From a virus (Duplodnaviria > Caudoviricetes): DNA of 64,000 nucleotides. Both the position numbers and the translations under genes were made by a program. The notes under the pieces are model-generated. The model did not search any database. It saw only the letters and a list, made by a program, of their open reading frames with translations, and was not told the DNA's origin. Positions 10,425-20,708 of the stretch are shown one piece after another. The stretch is taken from the IMG/VR virus record IMGVR_UViG_3300024252_000005; one strand, given 5' to 3'. Each line of letters begins with the position of its first letter. Within the stretch, counting starts at the first letter, position 1.

Positions 10425-13400
10425 ATGAATATTAAAATGGCAGACTTTTTGTTTGAAGATGAAAATAAAGAAGCTGAAGGCCAGGGCTTAGAAGGTCAAA
10501 GTGGAAGTAATCAATCTAAAGAAAATGATGCTGACAAGGACGGCAGAGCGAAATTTAGATCTAAAATAAGTGATGAAAAGTTATTTAGTAAAGACAATCC
10601 TGAGTTAAAACTTTCAGAATTAAAAACAGTTGCTGTAAAAATTGTTGATGTTATTAATAGCTTAAATCCAAATATAGAAAAAAATCATGATTTTCATAAA
10701 GAACTTGAGAGCATTGAAAGTGCTGAAGACTTGAGTGATGAACAAAAAACTCAAATAAAAAAAATACATAATGCTGTTAAAGATTCACCTTTAGGATTGT
10801 CAACAAAGCAGTTTTTAATGACTTTATTTAAGAGAAATTTAACTGCAGGTCAAACTGGGAAAATAGGAAGAGTACATTTAAACCCTCTACAACTTGTCAA
10901 AGGTGCAGGACAGATAGAAGGTGGGACGCCTGCTGACATTAAAAAATATGAAAACTATAAAATGTTTTTTGGAATGTTGGCAAATCAAGATTCAAAGCCT
11001 ATTATGTGCAATGGTAAAATTGTTATCATGGCGATACCAGCTTTTGGAGAAAATTGTTTAGAAGCAAAACAACTTTATGACATAACTTATCCGGGAATGA
11101 TTACAAAAGAGGCTCCTGTAGCGGGAATAGTATCTCAGGTTTACTTTGGTTTAGCAACAAAAGAAACTCTAGATCTGATGCAGACAAGTCCTGTGCGTGC
11201 AATAGGAATAATGAATACAAAAGTCATGCAATCAGAAAGCTTTGTCTATAGAAATGGAATCTCTTCGTTGTTAAACGAAAACATTCTGATTGAATCGAAC
11301 CAAGGTGTGGGTATTGGCTTGCCATTTATTTCATTGGATAAAGAAGAAGAAGAGCCAACAGAAGAATCTAAAGAAGACGCTGAGAAAGACGCTGCTGCTA
11401 AGGCTGCTGAGAAAGAAAAGAAAAGTGATGAAGATGCTCCAGGCAAAAGCAAACTTGAATATGACAAAATCTATAGTTTATTTGACGATTTAAACAATCT
11501 GCATGATGGTCCAAAAAAGAAAAAAGAAGCTGCTAGAGTATATACTATTTATGCTTTAACAGCATTAGCTTGCGCTGAACATGAAGGTGCATACAGTAAG
11601 GAAGAAGTTGACAGAATAATTGATAGTACAACCAACTTTAGACAATTGTTTACAACTTTATCTAGTAAGTTCCATCCTGATAGAAATAAAGCAACTTGGG
11701 CTGAAGATATCCAAGTAATACTTCAATATTTAAATGAAAAATCATATAGACAAACACCTGGAAATTATGAATTTAAAAAATCACTTTTTGAAGCTTTATA
11801 TGGTGTTAGAGACACTGATAATGGTCATCTTTTTATTAAAAAAGCAGAATTTAAGGCTGCAATGGATAAAGTCAGAAGTAGTTATGATTCTCATATAAGA
11901 GCTTCAGATGTCTTAAATTCAGCAGAACAAGCTGTACCGGGTGAGATCGATGCTGAAGGTGAGCCCCTCGACGACGAGACCGATCGCGATCTTTTGGAAG
12001 TTATTAGTAGTTTTATTAGTTCAGTTAAAGAAACAATTAAAAATCAAGAAATTGAAAATGGAAGTATTGAAAAGTCAGAAGTTCTTAGTGGTATTGAAGC
12101 CGGCTTCTTCATGACAGATATTCTTGAATCTCATAGAAGAAGAAGAAATGGTGTTGACGAGTCTGTCCTCTACAGTGATATTGAAGATCTTCGAAACGAG
12201 TTAAATGATCTTAGAGATCAAGTAGAGGTCATAGAGGTAGATGGTGAGACTCCTCAAGAAGCAGCTGCTGAAGAGAGAAATATTGCAAAAGTAAAAGCAA
12301 AAGCAAAAGCAAAAGTAAAAGAATTTGAAAAATTGCCTTTGCCCTCGCAACTCAATGCTTTACAACAAAAGGTTAACAATTGGAATGATATATTTAATTT
12401 AGCTGATGGTTTATTTTCCCAGGATGATGCTGATGAGATCTTTGAGTTCGATTTTGAAGATTCATCTGATGAAGAGGCCGAAACAGAAGAAAGTCGTGAT
12501 GATATTGACTTAAAAAAAGAGTTCGGCGTAGAATACAATGTTTTCTATGAAACTTCTGATTTCAAAGAAAGAATATTAAAATTTATTGATAAAGATTATA
12601 ATGGCAAAGGCAACCCAGAATTTCAATATAAAAATTGGGACAAAAACTTTAAGAAAACAGGTTTCATTATAATTAGTCCTTTATCTGATGAGAATCAAAG
12701 TGCGCTTATTAGTAATGTTGCAGTTCCTTGTCAAATGTTTAATATTTTTAATTTCAAACAAGTCTTAGAGAATAGTGGTAGATTGCCAAAATTTCACATG
12801 GAGATGTCAAAAGACAATGATAATCCGCGATATAAATACGGACATTCAAGTAAAGGTAATTTAGGAATAGGCGGCAAAAACCGACGTCGCGCAAATCCTC
12901 TGACCGCTGATTATTGGAATAGTATGTCTAGAATAATGTTTTTTGACAATACTGAATATGATGAAGGTACAACAGAATTTGAGAATATTTATTATGCTTT
13001 AAATGAAGCTTATCTAGTAAATAAAGTAAAAGCAGCACCAGAAAAAGTATCAGATTCAGAAAGTCAAGAAAAAGATACGCCAAACATAGAATATAATAAA
13101 TTAATTAAAAAACAAAACCCTCTATCTAAAGATTTCGTAAGAAGGGTCTTTGGTAACGTTGGGAATAGTGTAAGTAGATACTTTAATAATAAAAATCCTG
13201 ATAAGCTCAAAGACATAGTTAAACTTGAAAATAACTCAGGCTATATTTATTTTAAGTTTGATAGGAGGGGGACGACGAAAGTGCCACATGGTTCACATTT
13301 TGTTATTATACACAAAGATGAAAGCGGTAATGTTTACGCATATGATCATAGTGGAATATCTCGAGATTATCCGGATATCAAGGTAATGAGAAAAAATCAA

Positions 13401-16400
13401 ACATTTGACTCGCGATGGCAATACAATCAAGTATTTGAACTTGATTGGAGGGATACTGACACTGCCATGTTTTTCAGGTCTTCAAACGATGATAGTAATT
13501 TTGGTGATGTTTTTAAAAAAGTACATGAATTACTTAATGAAAAAGAAGAAACAACTGATAGTGAAGAAACAACTGATAGTGAAGAAACCAGTGATAAAGA
13601 CTACAATCCTGTAAAAGAATTAGAAGAAGGTATTGGCAAAAAAGATATAGAGAAATGTAAAAAAGCGCTTGAGCATGAAGTAGATGGAGAAAGGGTTGTA
13701 ACTAAAGATAATGTTACAGATATTATAGGAAATGACTATAGTTTTCTTAATTATTTAGATGATGAATCTATTAAAGCAGTTGTTAAACATAGGAATGAAG
13801 CTGAAGGGGGTCAATACGACACTATTCAATTTGGAATGTTTTTAGGTGGTTATTGCAAGGATGAACCTAAAATTGCAGAAAGCATATATAAAAGAATACA
13901 TGCAGCTTACCTTGATAACAATTTAGAAGCTAAGGTTTCACAATTTAAAAAAGAATATGAAAATCAAAAGAAAAATGCAAAGCCATGGAGTGGAGCATGG
14001 GGAAAAGTTAAAGAGTCAATAGCAAATGTTGTTCATATCAATGATTTTAGTTTTAAAGAAGGTGCACAATATGAATTTGCAAAAAGAAAAGAAGATAGAA
14101 AAAAAGCTTTAGACCTTAGTGTAGAAGATTTACGTATCGCGTTTAAAGAAGGTAATGTTGATAAACTGAATGATGTTTTAAAACAATTTGATGATGATAA
14201 AAAATTAGATAATTTGAAATATTCAATTAATGTGTTTAATAAAGATATACTTTCATTCTTAGATGACAGAACTGTGCAAACAGCATTAAAAGAAATCAAT
14301 AAGGAAGACATTGTTCACTACTCTTTTTATTGTGCAGAAAGCTCTAAGCAAAAAGCATTTAAAAATATATCACAGCGTGCGGCTGAGATGCTCAGAAAAG
14401 ATATAGGACTTATAAAAGGAGATAAAGTAACAAGAGGAGATGGCGAAGGAAATGGGCGACCTAAAGATAGTGTAATAGAAAAATCCACTGAAAGTATTGT
14501 AGACGCAATATCAGCGTTGATCATCTCTGGTAATTTTGCATTTGATAAAAATCATATTGAATCTATTGCTTCTAAAGAAAAAGAAAGTGGTTCTAGAACA
14601 GGTTCTTATGAAGATTTTAAAAGTGACATGGCAGAAAGTTATGGCGTCTCTGCAGAACACGTTGATCTTTCAAAAGCTGTTGCATCTTCTATTTTTAAAA
14701 ATATAGACTCTGATTTAAAAGATGAAAAAATAAACGATGTAATAATAGAACATATCATAAAAGACATTTTAAAGACCAGCAAAGAATACAAAGAAAGTAA
14801 AGAAGAGTTCACGGTTGATGAAGATAAAGATGATAAGTTAAAGAGCTCTTTTAAAGACTATTTAGAAAAATCTGGTATTGAAAACGAATCTATTAAAAAA
14901 GATAACCTTAAATCTATTATACTTTGGTTATTTTCTAACCACATTCATGGCAGTGGTAGCCCAAACAACGTTAATGATGAGTATTTTAAACCTGAAAATA
15001 AAGATAAATTTATTAGTGAGATATTTAAAAAATTTAACATTGAAGATTTAGTAAAAGACGTTAAAAGTGTTATTGATGAAGATGGCTTTTTAACTGTTGA
15101 TAAAGACAGTGAAGAATTAGCAGAAAAATATCAGAAAAAGTTTGGTCCTACTAATTGGAAAAAGTTTAGGATATACGCTTACTTTAACAACAAAAAAAGG
15201 CTTGCAAGATTAATATCAGAAAACAATAATCTTTATAAGCAAAAATTATTATCAAGAGCTATATTTGACTTTGACGATAAAGCAGCAATAAAATTATTTG
15301 AAGCAGATGCATTATCTGCTGATGGTGCTTTTAGACATCTTAGTTCAAAAGCTAAAAATCTTGCATCAAAAGCAAAACAAAGGGTAATGTCAAAATATGG
15401 AGAAACTTCTTCTGAAACTTCTTCTGAAACTTCTAGACCAGATTATAGACACAAGCCTCTTGATGAAAAAGAAGTTGAAGAATACTTGAAGTTATCGATC
15501 ATGTCGTATTTAGGTATTAGTAGTGAAGAAGTTAAAAAGCCTCTAGGCTGGATGTCTTCTATAGATGATACAGATCCTGAAGGGGAGCTTAGTCCTGAAG
15601 AAGCTCATAATCTTAATCAAAAGAAGATTAAAGCTTTATGCAAATTAACAATTGAATCAACTTATAAAAGCTTAGTTAAGCAAGAATGGAAAGCACGTAC
15701 TTCAGACGAAGAGAACATACGAAAAGATAAAAAGAGTGAAAGAAAGCAGTTCTACAAAGAAGCTGGTAACTTAGGAAAGTCTTTCGTAGGCGCTGGGGTA
15801 TTTGCTACAGCAGCATTTGCTCCTTGGGCAGCGCTACCTTATGCAGCAGGTGCAATGATTTTTCAAAATGAGCTTGGTGCTGCTTCAGGTTTTGGTTTTA
15901 AAGCTATAGCAAACTACTTTGACGAAAAACATGACGGAGAAGATGTTAGTAAAAGAAAAGAATCTATACAGAAAAAGCTAGAAGAACTCGGATATGATGT
16001 TGACTTAAAAGAAGAGGTAGACAGATTATATGAAGCTTACAATGACATAGTTAAAGAAATGTCTCAGGATAAAGAGTCTGCAGAGGGTGATACTGAAACC
16101 TTGCAGGCTGGATATTACTTGCATACAAATTCTTTAAAAAGTTTGCTTTTTGAGGATTCTTCTAGCAAAGAAGAAACTAAAGCTTCAAAAGGAAAGAAGA
16201 AAAATCTTGTTGAAATCGATGAACAAGATGTAATGGAAATCATAAGAGGATCTGGCCTAGAGTTATTTTCAGCTGAGTTTAATAGCGAAAAAATATACAA
16301 TAACTTCATGGAAAAACTAAATGGTATGCTTAGAAAGTATGCTAACATAACAATAAAGAACATTAAAAAGAAAAGTATAACTAAGACTTTAGCAGCTGAA

Positions 16401-17477
16401 CATGCAAATAGTCTTGTAGATCCTGATGCTAAAAGAGGGCAAGCTGCTTCTCCTTTAATTGATATGATTATGCGACAGATTGGCGAAAGTGATGATGCGA
16501 CTTCTGTAGCACTGGCTAATGTTATAAATAGTTTAAATCACAGCGGGTCAGATGCAGGTAGATTATTAATATTAATGATGATACTAAACCCAGAAGGATT
16601 TACACAAATGGCATCAAAAGCACAATCTTCAGGCAATAGAGATAATATGATGTCAAATATTCTAGGTGCTATGGCTGAGGCTCCTGTTCCGAATGCAAGT
16701 CAAACAGTCGAAGAAATAAAGACAGAAGGTCCTGCTGAAGTTCCTGCAAAACTCAAGGTCTCTGCTAAACAAATGAAGGCTATAAAAGGAGTTGTTGAAC
16801 ATATTAGAGTTAATTTTAAGAAAGAATACTTAACCGACAAAATTCTTGCAGATGAAGAAGCTGAGAGTGTCATTGATGACTTAATAGAAGTTAGTGATAA
16901 TCAACAGGATAATCAACATAATGCGTGTCATATAATTGAAAATAAAATTTTTAAAAAACATTGTATAGAAGACGATAACATGACTGCCTTTAAAGACTTA
17001 TTGTTTGCTAAAACAATTATCAACTTAATATTCCTAGAAGGACAAGATTACAACGTTGAAGAGATTAGTTTAAAAATGATTCTTAAAGCGCTTAAAAGAG
17101 ATAACGATCATCGTAACATTTCTGACTTTGAACATATGAAACCCTTTGCAAAAGACTTTAACAATCTTATAGGAAATGTATTTAAGATATTCAGCATTAC
17201 TACCCAAAGTAGTATACCTGTAAGTGTTAAATTTAGTGATCTTTTTAAAGATACAGCAAACTGCAAGTTTATAAAAGCTTCAATAAATAGCAATACAACT
17301 ATTAAATTAACTGAATCGTTTAGAAGAAGAGATGTATTAAGAAGCAAGAGTTATATTGCAGGTAGTTTAAGTAGTTTATTATTTGAAGATTTTAGTGGCA
17401 AAAAAGAGAGAAACATCAACAAAAAAGATGATAAAATAGATTTAAGAAAAGAATGGTTAAAGTTGTGGGATATTTAA
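10425..17477 (+). CDS. Giant 2350-aa acidic protein, probably virion-associated; contains a J-domain-like HPD segment and a hydrophobic Ala/Gly stretch
   Basis: Uninterrupted ORF; LSSKFHPDRNK near 11660-11690; FLFED/LLFED motifs; SFVGAGVFATAAFAPWAALPYAAG near 15780. Confidence 0.8.
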   Translation: MNIKMADFLFEDENKEAEGQGLEGQSGSNQSKENDADKDGRAKFRSKISDEKLFSKDNPELKLSELKTVAVKIVDVINSLNPNIEKNHDFHKELESIESAEDLSDEQKTQIKKIHNAVKDSPLGLSTKQFLMTLFKRNLTAGQTGKIGRVHLNPLQLVKGAGQIEGGTPADIKKYENYKMFFGMLANQDSKPIMCNGKIVIMAIPAFGENCLEAKQLYDITYPGMITKEAPVAGIVSQVYFGLATKETLDLMQTSPVRAIGIMNTKVMQSESFVYRNGISSLLNENILIESNQGVGIGLPFISLDKEEEEPTEESKEDAEKDAAAKAAEKEKKSDEDAPGKSKLEYDKIYSLFDDLNNLHDGPKKKKEAARVYTIYALTALACAEHEGAYSKEEVDRIIDSTTNFRQLFTTLSSKFHPDRNKATWAEDIQVILQYLNEKSYRQTPGNYEFKKSLFEALYGVRDTDNGHLFIKKAEFKAAMDKVRSSYDSHIRASDVLNSAEQAVPGEIDAEGEPLDDETDRDLLEVISSFISSVKETIKNQEIENGSIEKSEVLSGIEAGFFMTDILESHRRRRNGVDESVLYSDIEDLRNELNDLRDQVEVIEVDGETPQEAAAEERNIAKVKAKAKAKVKEFEKLPLPSQLNALQQKVNNWNDIFNLADGLFSQDDADEIFEFDFEDSSDEEAETEESRDDIDLKKEFGVEYNVFYETSDFKERILKFIDKDYNGKGNPEFQYKNWDKNFKKTGFIIISPLSDENQSALISNVAVPCQMFNIFNFKQVLENSGRLPKFHMEMSKDNDNPRYKYGHSSKGNLGIGGKNRRRANPLTADYWNSMSRIMFFDNTEYDEGTTEFENIYYALNEAYLVNKVKAAPEKVSDSESQEKDTPNIEYNKLIKKQNPLSKDFVRRVFGNVGNSVSRYFNNKNPDKLKDIVKLENNSGYIYFKFDRRGTTKVPHGSHFVIIHKDESGNVYAYDHSGISRDYPDIKVMRKNQTFDSRWQYNQVFELDWRDTDTAMFFRSSNDDSNFGDVFKKVHELLNEKEETTDSEETTDSEETSDKDYNPVKELEEGIGKKDIEKCKKALEHEVDGERVVTKDNVTDIIGNDYSFLNYLDDESIKAVVKHRNEAEGGQYDTIQFGMFLGGYCKDEPKIAESIYKRIHAAYLDNNLEAKVSQFKKEYENQKKNAKPWSGAWGKVKESIANVVHINDFSFKEGAQYEFAKRKEDRKKALDLSVEDLRIAFKEGNVDKLNDVLKQFDDDKKLDNLKYSINVFNKDILSFLDDRTVQTALKEINKEDIVHYSFYCAESSKQKAFKNISQRAAEMLRKDIGLIKGDKVTRGDGEGNGRPKDSVIEKSTESIVDAISALIISGNFAFDKNHIESIASKEKESGSRTGSYEDFKSDMAESYGVSAEHVDLSKAVASSIFKNIDSDLKDEKINDVIIEHIIKDILKTSKEYKESKEEFTVDEDKDDKLKSSFKDYLEKSGIENESIKKDNLKSIILWLFSNHIHGSGSPNNVNDEYFKPENKDKFISEIFKKFNIEDLVKDVKSVIDEDGFLTVDKDSEELAEKYQKKFGPTNWKKFRIYAYFNNKKRLARLISENNNLYKQKLLSRAIFDFDDKAAIKLFEADALSADGAFRHLSSKAKNLASKAKQRVMSKYGETSSETSSETSRPDYRHKPLDEKEVEEYLKLSIMSYLGISSEEVKKPLGWMSSIDDTDPEGELSPEEAHNLNQKKIKALCKLTIESTYKSLVKQEWKARTSDEENIRKDKKSERKQFYKEAGNLGKSFVGAGVFATAAFAPWAALPYAAGAMIFQNELGAASGFGFKAIANYFDEKHDGEDVSKRKESIQKKLEELGYDVDLKEEVDRLYEAYNDIVKEMSQDKESAEGDTETLQAGYYLHTNSLKSLLFEDSSSKEETKASKGKKKNLVEIDEQDVMEIIRGSGLELFSAEFNSEKIYNNFMEKLNGMLRKYANITIKNIKKKSITKTLAAEHANSLVDPDAKRGQAASPLIDMIMRQIGESDDATSVALANVINSLNHSGSDAGRLLILMMILNPEGFTQMASKAQSSGNRDNMMSNILGAMAEAPVPNASQTVEEIKTEGPAEVPAKLKVSAKQMKAIKGVVEHIRVNFKKEYLTDKILADEEAESVIDDLIEVSDNQQDNQHNACHIIENKIFKKHCIEDDNMTAFKDLLFAKTIINLIFLEGQDYNVEEISLKMILKALKRDNDHRNISDFEHMKPFAKDFNNLIGNVFKIFSITTQSSIPVSVKFSDLFKDTANCKFIKASINSNTTIKLTESFRRRDVLRSKSYIAGSLSSLLFEDFSGKKERNINKKDDKIDLRKEWLKLWDI
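13545..13598 (+). repeat. In-frame 18-bp tandem repeat (EETTDS, about 3 copies)
   Basis: GAAGAAACAACTGATAGT twice plus one imperfect copy. Confidence 0.9.
15402..15434 (+). repeat. In-frame 12-bp tandem repeat (ETSS, about 2.75 copies)
   Basis: GAAACTTCTTCT repeated. Confidence 0.9.
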
Positions 17478-17498
17478 ATTTAGTTTTTGGAGTTTTAG

Positions 17499-18086
17499 AT
17501 GAAGCTTAATAGTGAATTGATGTTAAAGTTATTAAAAGAAGAGTATGATAAGAGGCTAGACTATTATCTTAAAGAAGTAGAGACTAGAGCTGAGCATAGT
17601 CAAGAAGACGCAGAGTTAGTTAATAATGCTCGTGGGTTGAAGCTTAAAGATAGAGCAGGCTTTTTATATACTTTGTTTGAGATCATTAAAGACGAAAGTG
17701 GCAAGATATTTGCTTTGCTTATTCCGCCTGGAGAAGGTGATGATGAAATGATAGGGCCTGCCTCAACACGTTTGCATGACGATTTACCCGCTAGCGATCA
17801 TGAATTAGAAGACATGCAGTTCTCTGAAGAGCCTGAATATATTTATTCGGGAGTCAATGAAAACGAAGATACAGCAGAAGAAAATAAAAAAAGTGTAAAA
17901 CAAAAGTCAGAAGCTTCAAGCAAAGACGTCAAAGTAAAAGACGATGGCATTAGAGAACCAAATCCTGATGCAGCAAAGAAAAAGTCATTTAAACCAGACG
18001 TTTCAGCGCAAGTCAAAGAATATGAAGAAGTTAATGACATGATTAAAGTAAGTCTAGAAGAGTTAGAGAAAGAGTTTTCACTATGA
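17499..18086 (+). CDS. Hypothetical acidic protein with N-terminal tag (MLKLLKEE)
   Basis: 195-aa ORF coupled to the SOD gene. Confidence 0.75.
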   Translation: MKLNSELMLKLLKEEYDKRLDYYLKEVETRAEHSQEDAELVNNARGLKLKDRAGFLYTLFEIIKDESGKIFALLIPPGEGDDEMIGPASTRLHDDLPASDHELEDMQFSEEPEYIYSGVNENEDTAEENKKSVKQKSEASSKDVKVKDDGIREPNPDAAKKKSFKPDVSAQVKEYEEVNDMIKVSLEELEKEFSL

Positions 18087-18826
18087 GCAACTTAGAAGAT
18101 ATTATCAATAAAGCTATAGAAGCTACTTTAGAAGAAAATGGTATTAACAATCATAAAAGCAAAAATGTTTTAACAGAAGAAAAACAGAAAACAAATAGAA
18201 CCATATCTGAAGCTTATGTGACGCAAGCTGGTTCATTTGATTTACAAACTGAACTTTTATCTTCTAAGACTAAGAAAGCACATAAAGAGCTTTTGGATGG
18301 TTATGTTAAGAAATTAAATAAGATCTCTTCTGAACTTGATGGTGTTGACAAGTCAAGTGCTAATCTAAATAGCTCTCAGTTTCGAAGCTTAAAGATTGAT
18401 GAAACTTATAATCATAATGCAGCATTTTTGCACGGTCTTTACTTTGAAAACATAAGTGATCTAAGTAGCAATATTACAATGGACTCACTTGTCTATATGA
18501 GATTAGCAAGAGACTTTGGTTCATTTGACGCCTGGCAAGAAGATTTCGTTGCATGTGCACTTTCAGCAAGAAATGGCTGGGCAGTAACTTATTTTGACAT
18601 GCATCTTCAGAGATATATGAATACAGTCATTGATTTGCATAGTCAAAGTGTTATGACAGGAATGTTTCCTGTTGTAGTTATGGATTGCTGGGAACATAGT
18701 TATTATAGAGATTATCTTAAAGATAGAAAATCGTATGTTTTTGGTATGATGAAAGAATTAAACTGGTCAGTTATCGAAGATAGAGTTAAAAAAGCTGATA
18801 AGATATCTAAGGTTTTAAGAGGTTAA
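18083..18826 (+). CDS. sod: Fe/Mn superoxide dismutase with N-terminal extension
   Basis: Metal-ligand pattern: KAH, NAAFLHGLYFENI, GWA, and DCWEHSYY (D.WEHAYY signature). Confidence 0.88.
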   Translation: MSNLEDIINKAIEATLEENGINNHKSKNVLTEEKQKTNRTISEAYVTQAGSFDLQTELLSSKTKKAHKELLDGYVKKLNKISSELDGVDKSSANLNSSQFRSLKIDETYNHNAAFLHGLYFENISDLSSNITMDSLVYMRLARDFGSFDAWQEDFVACALSARNGWAVTYFDMHLQRYMNTVIDLHSQSVMTGMFPVVVMDCWEHSYYRDYLKDRKSYVFGMMKELNWSVIEDRVKKADKISKVLRG

Positions 18827-18827
18827 C

Positions 18828-19655
18828 ATGAATAAAAAGTTTAGTAATAGTGTTTATAAAAGCTTGTTAGAAAACACTGCTTTGAGTCTTAGGCTTTTGC
18901 TCGAAGAAGAAGATAAAAAAGAAGATGAAGATCCTTTTTCAATGCCAGAAGATAATGAAGACGAAGAATCAGCTGGGGAACAAGAAGGTGGTGTTGAAGC
19001 TGACGTTGGTGATTTAGATGTTGTTAAAGATGACTCATCTGAAGATGAAGATGAAAGCGTAACTAAAGAGCAGTTTAATCAGCTGCTTGATGATCTGAGC
19101 ATGATAAAAAGAATAATTCTAGGTACACAGGATCCTGATTCTGACGGAACTGAAGAGGGAACTGGATCTATAGAAAGCCATATTTCTTACGGCATTTCAG
19201 GATTAAGTGAATCTGACGTATCTAGAAAAAACAAAAATCTAGTGAGAGAATCTTATATGAACATCTTTAAATCTTTTTTGTTAGAAGAAGATGACAAAGA
19301 TGCAGTAGATGCTGTTGAAGCTGAGATTGATGATTTAGACAGAGTTCTAACAAAAGGTACAGAACTTGTAGATAAGTTTAAAAAAGGAAACGAAGTTGAC
19401 ATAGAAAAATATGTGAATGTTTCTTTGAACGCATTTAAGAATTTTGACAATTTATTCTCAAAAGAAAGTATTGTTAAACAAGCAACTATAAATGTATTAG
19501 TATTGAATAGTGGAGCGAAAGCAGAAGAAAATATATCTAAATTCAAAGAAAGATTTCACGAAGAGCTAAGTAAACAGTTTGGAATTAACTATGAAGATCA
19601 AGTACTTGTTTCAGATAAAACTTCAACAGCTTCTGGAGCAAAAAGTCAAGGGTGA
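18828..19655 (+). CDS. Hypothetical acidic protein
   Basis: 275-aa ORF with SVYKSLLE and RLLLEEE motifs. Confidence 0.75.
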   Translation: MNKKFSNSVYKSLLENTALSLRLLLEEEDKKEDEDPFSMPEDNEDEESAGEQEGGVEADVGDLDVVKDDSSEDEDESVTKEQFNQLLDDLSMIKRIILGTQDPDSDGTEEGTGSIESHISYGISGLSESDVSRKNKNLVRESYMNIFKSFLLEEDDKDAVDAVEAEIDDLDRVLTKGTELVDKFKKGNEVDIEKYVNVSLNAFKNFDNLFSKESIVKQATINVLVLNSGAKAEENISKFKERFHEELSKQFGINYEDQVLVSDKTSTASGAKSQG

Positions 19656-19663
19656 TATAAGTT

Positions 19664-19966
19664 TTGAAGTCTAAATCTTCTAAAAGCAAAAGACAAATAA
19701 AAAAAATTGTCAACAACAAAACAGTTCACGTTGAGATTCCAGGATCTATACACAAGAAACTGAGAGCATTGTTGTTCTTAAATGAAATGTCTATGCAAAA
19801 GTTTTTCTGCTTGATGGCAGAAAAATACATAGAAAAAGATAATCATATACATTCTCTTGTAGATGAGCGAGTGAATGAAATAAAAGACAACAAGCTTAGC
19901 AAACTTAGAGATATTGAAGAGAAAGATTTGTATAATGTTATTGAAGAAAACTCACCTTTTAAATAA
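19664..19966 (+). CDS. Putative ribbon-helix-helix DNA-binding protein
   Basis: TVHVEIPGSIHKKLRALLFLNEMSMQKFF fits the RHH strand-helix-helix pattern. Confidence 0.5.
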   Translation: MKSKSSKSKRQIKKIVNNKTVHVEIPGSIHKKLRALLFLNEMSMQKFFCLMAEKYIEKDNHIHSLVDERVNEIKDNKLSKLRDIEEKDLYNVIEENSPFK

Positions 19967-20267
19967 AACTAAAAAGTTTTTAAAAGTTTTAGACGAAGTA
20001 TCAAAAAATCAAGAAGAAATCTCTATTCTTAAAAAAGAAATAGAAGCTTTAGTGTTAGCTAAAAAAGAAGACAAAGAAAAGATATCATCACTAAACAATA
20101 TTGTAGAAGAACTAAAATCTCATAATAAAGTTATTGTCAATGACATAGTAGTAATTTCAGCAGCACTTAAAGATTTATATACTATACTATTAAAAGAATA
20201 TGGGTATGATGAATTTAGCTTGATAGAGTTCATTAATTCAAAAAAGAAAAAAATTGATTATCATTAG
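19914..20267 (+). CDS. Hypothetical coiled-coil protein
   Basis: Heptad-like periodicity; start uncertain. Confidence 0.55.
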   Translation: MKRKICIMLLKKTHLLNKTKKFLKVLDEVSKNQEEISILKKEIEALVLAKKEDKEKISSLNNIVEELKSHNKVIVNDIVVISAALKDLYTILLKEYGYDEFSLIEFINSKKKKIDYH

Positions 20268-20317
20268 TATGATATTTAGTTATTGTTAAATAATTAAATA
20301 AAAACAAGGTAATCAAA

Positions 20318-20707
20318 ATGAAGAAAACTAGTGTAGATAGCTTAACTAAGTTAGCTAATAATCTTTTGTTTGAAAATATTGCTGGACCAGTTGGTGACTC
20401 AATGTATGTTAATAATAGCAGAATGGGTCAATACGATACTCCCGGGCCTCAAACAAAAAACGACGATCTAAGAGATGAAGAAGAAGAAAAAGCTTTTATA
20501 CCTGTAGTTCCTACTGAGGTCGTTAATAATCAATCATTGATAAATGTTAATTATGATAGAGGAGACAAAAGCTTTATGCCCGACAATACTACAGAATTAT
20601 CGTCAGCGTTAGCAAGTGAGTTCTCTGATTTAGGTATTAATGATCTTACAATAAAACAAGTAAGAAAAATATGGAAAAGTTTTAAAAAAATAGTTGACGA
20701 GGTCTAG
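20318..20707 (+). CDS. Hypothetical protein with N-terminal tag (KLANNLLFE)
   Basis: AAGG upstream; 129 aa. Confidence 0.7.
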   Translation: MKKTSVDSLTKLANNLLFENIAGPVGDSMYVNNSRMGQYDTPGPQTKNDDLRDEEEEKAFIPVVPTEVVNNQSLINVNYDRGDKSFMPDNTTELSSALASEFSDLGINDLTIKQVRKIWKSFKKIVDEV

Positions 20708-20708
20708 A

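Noticed and set aside
13240-13360. Papain-fold toxin domain (HFVII...GNVYAYD) in the 2350-aa protein
   Set aside because: His/Asp-like strands are present but no suitably placed catalytic Cys was found upstream.
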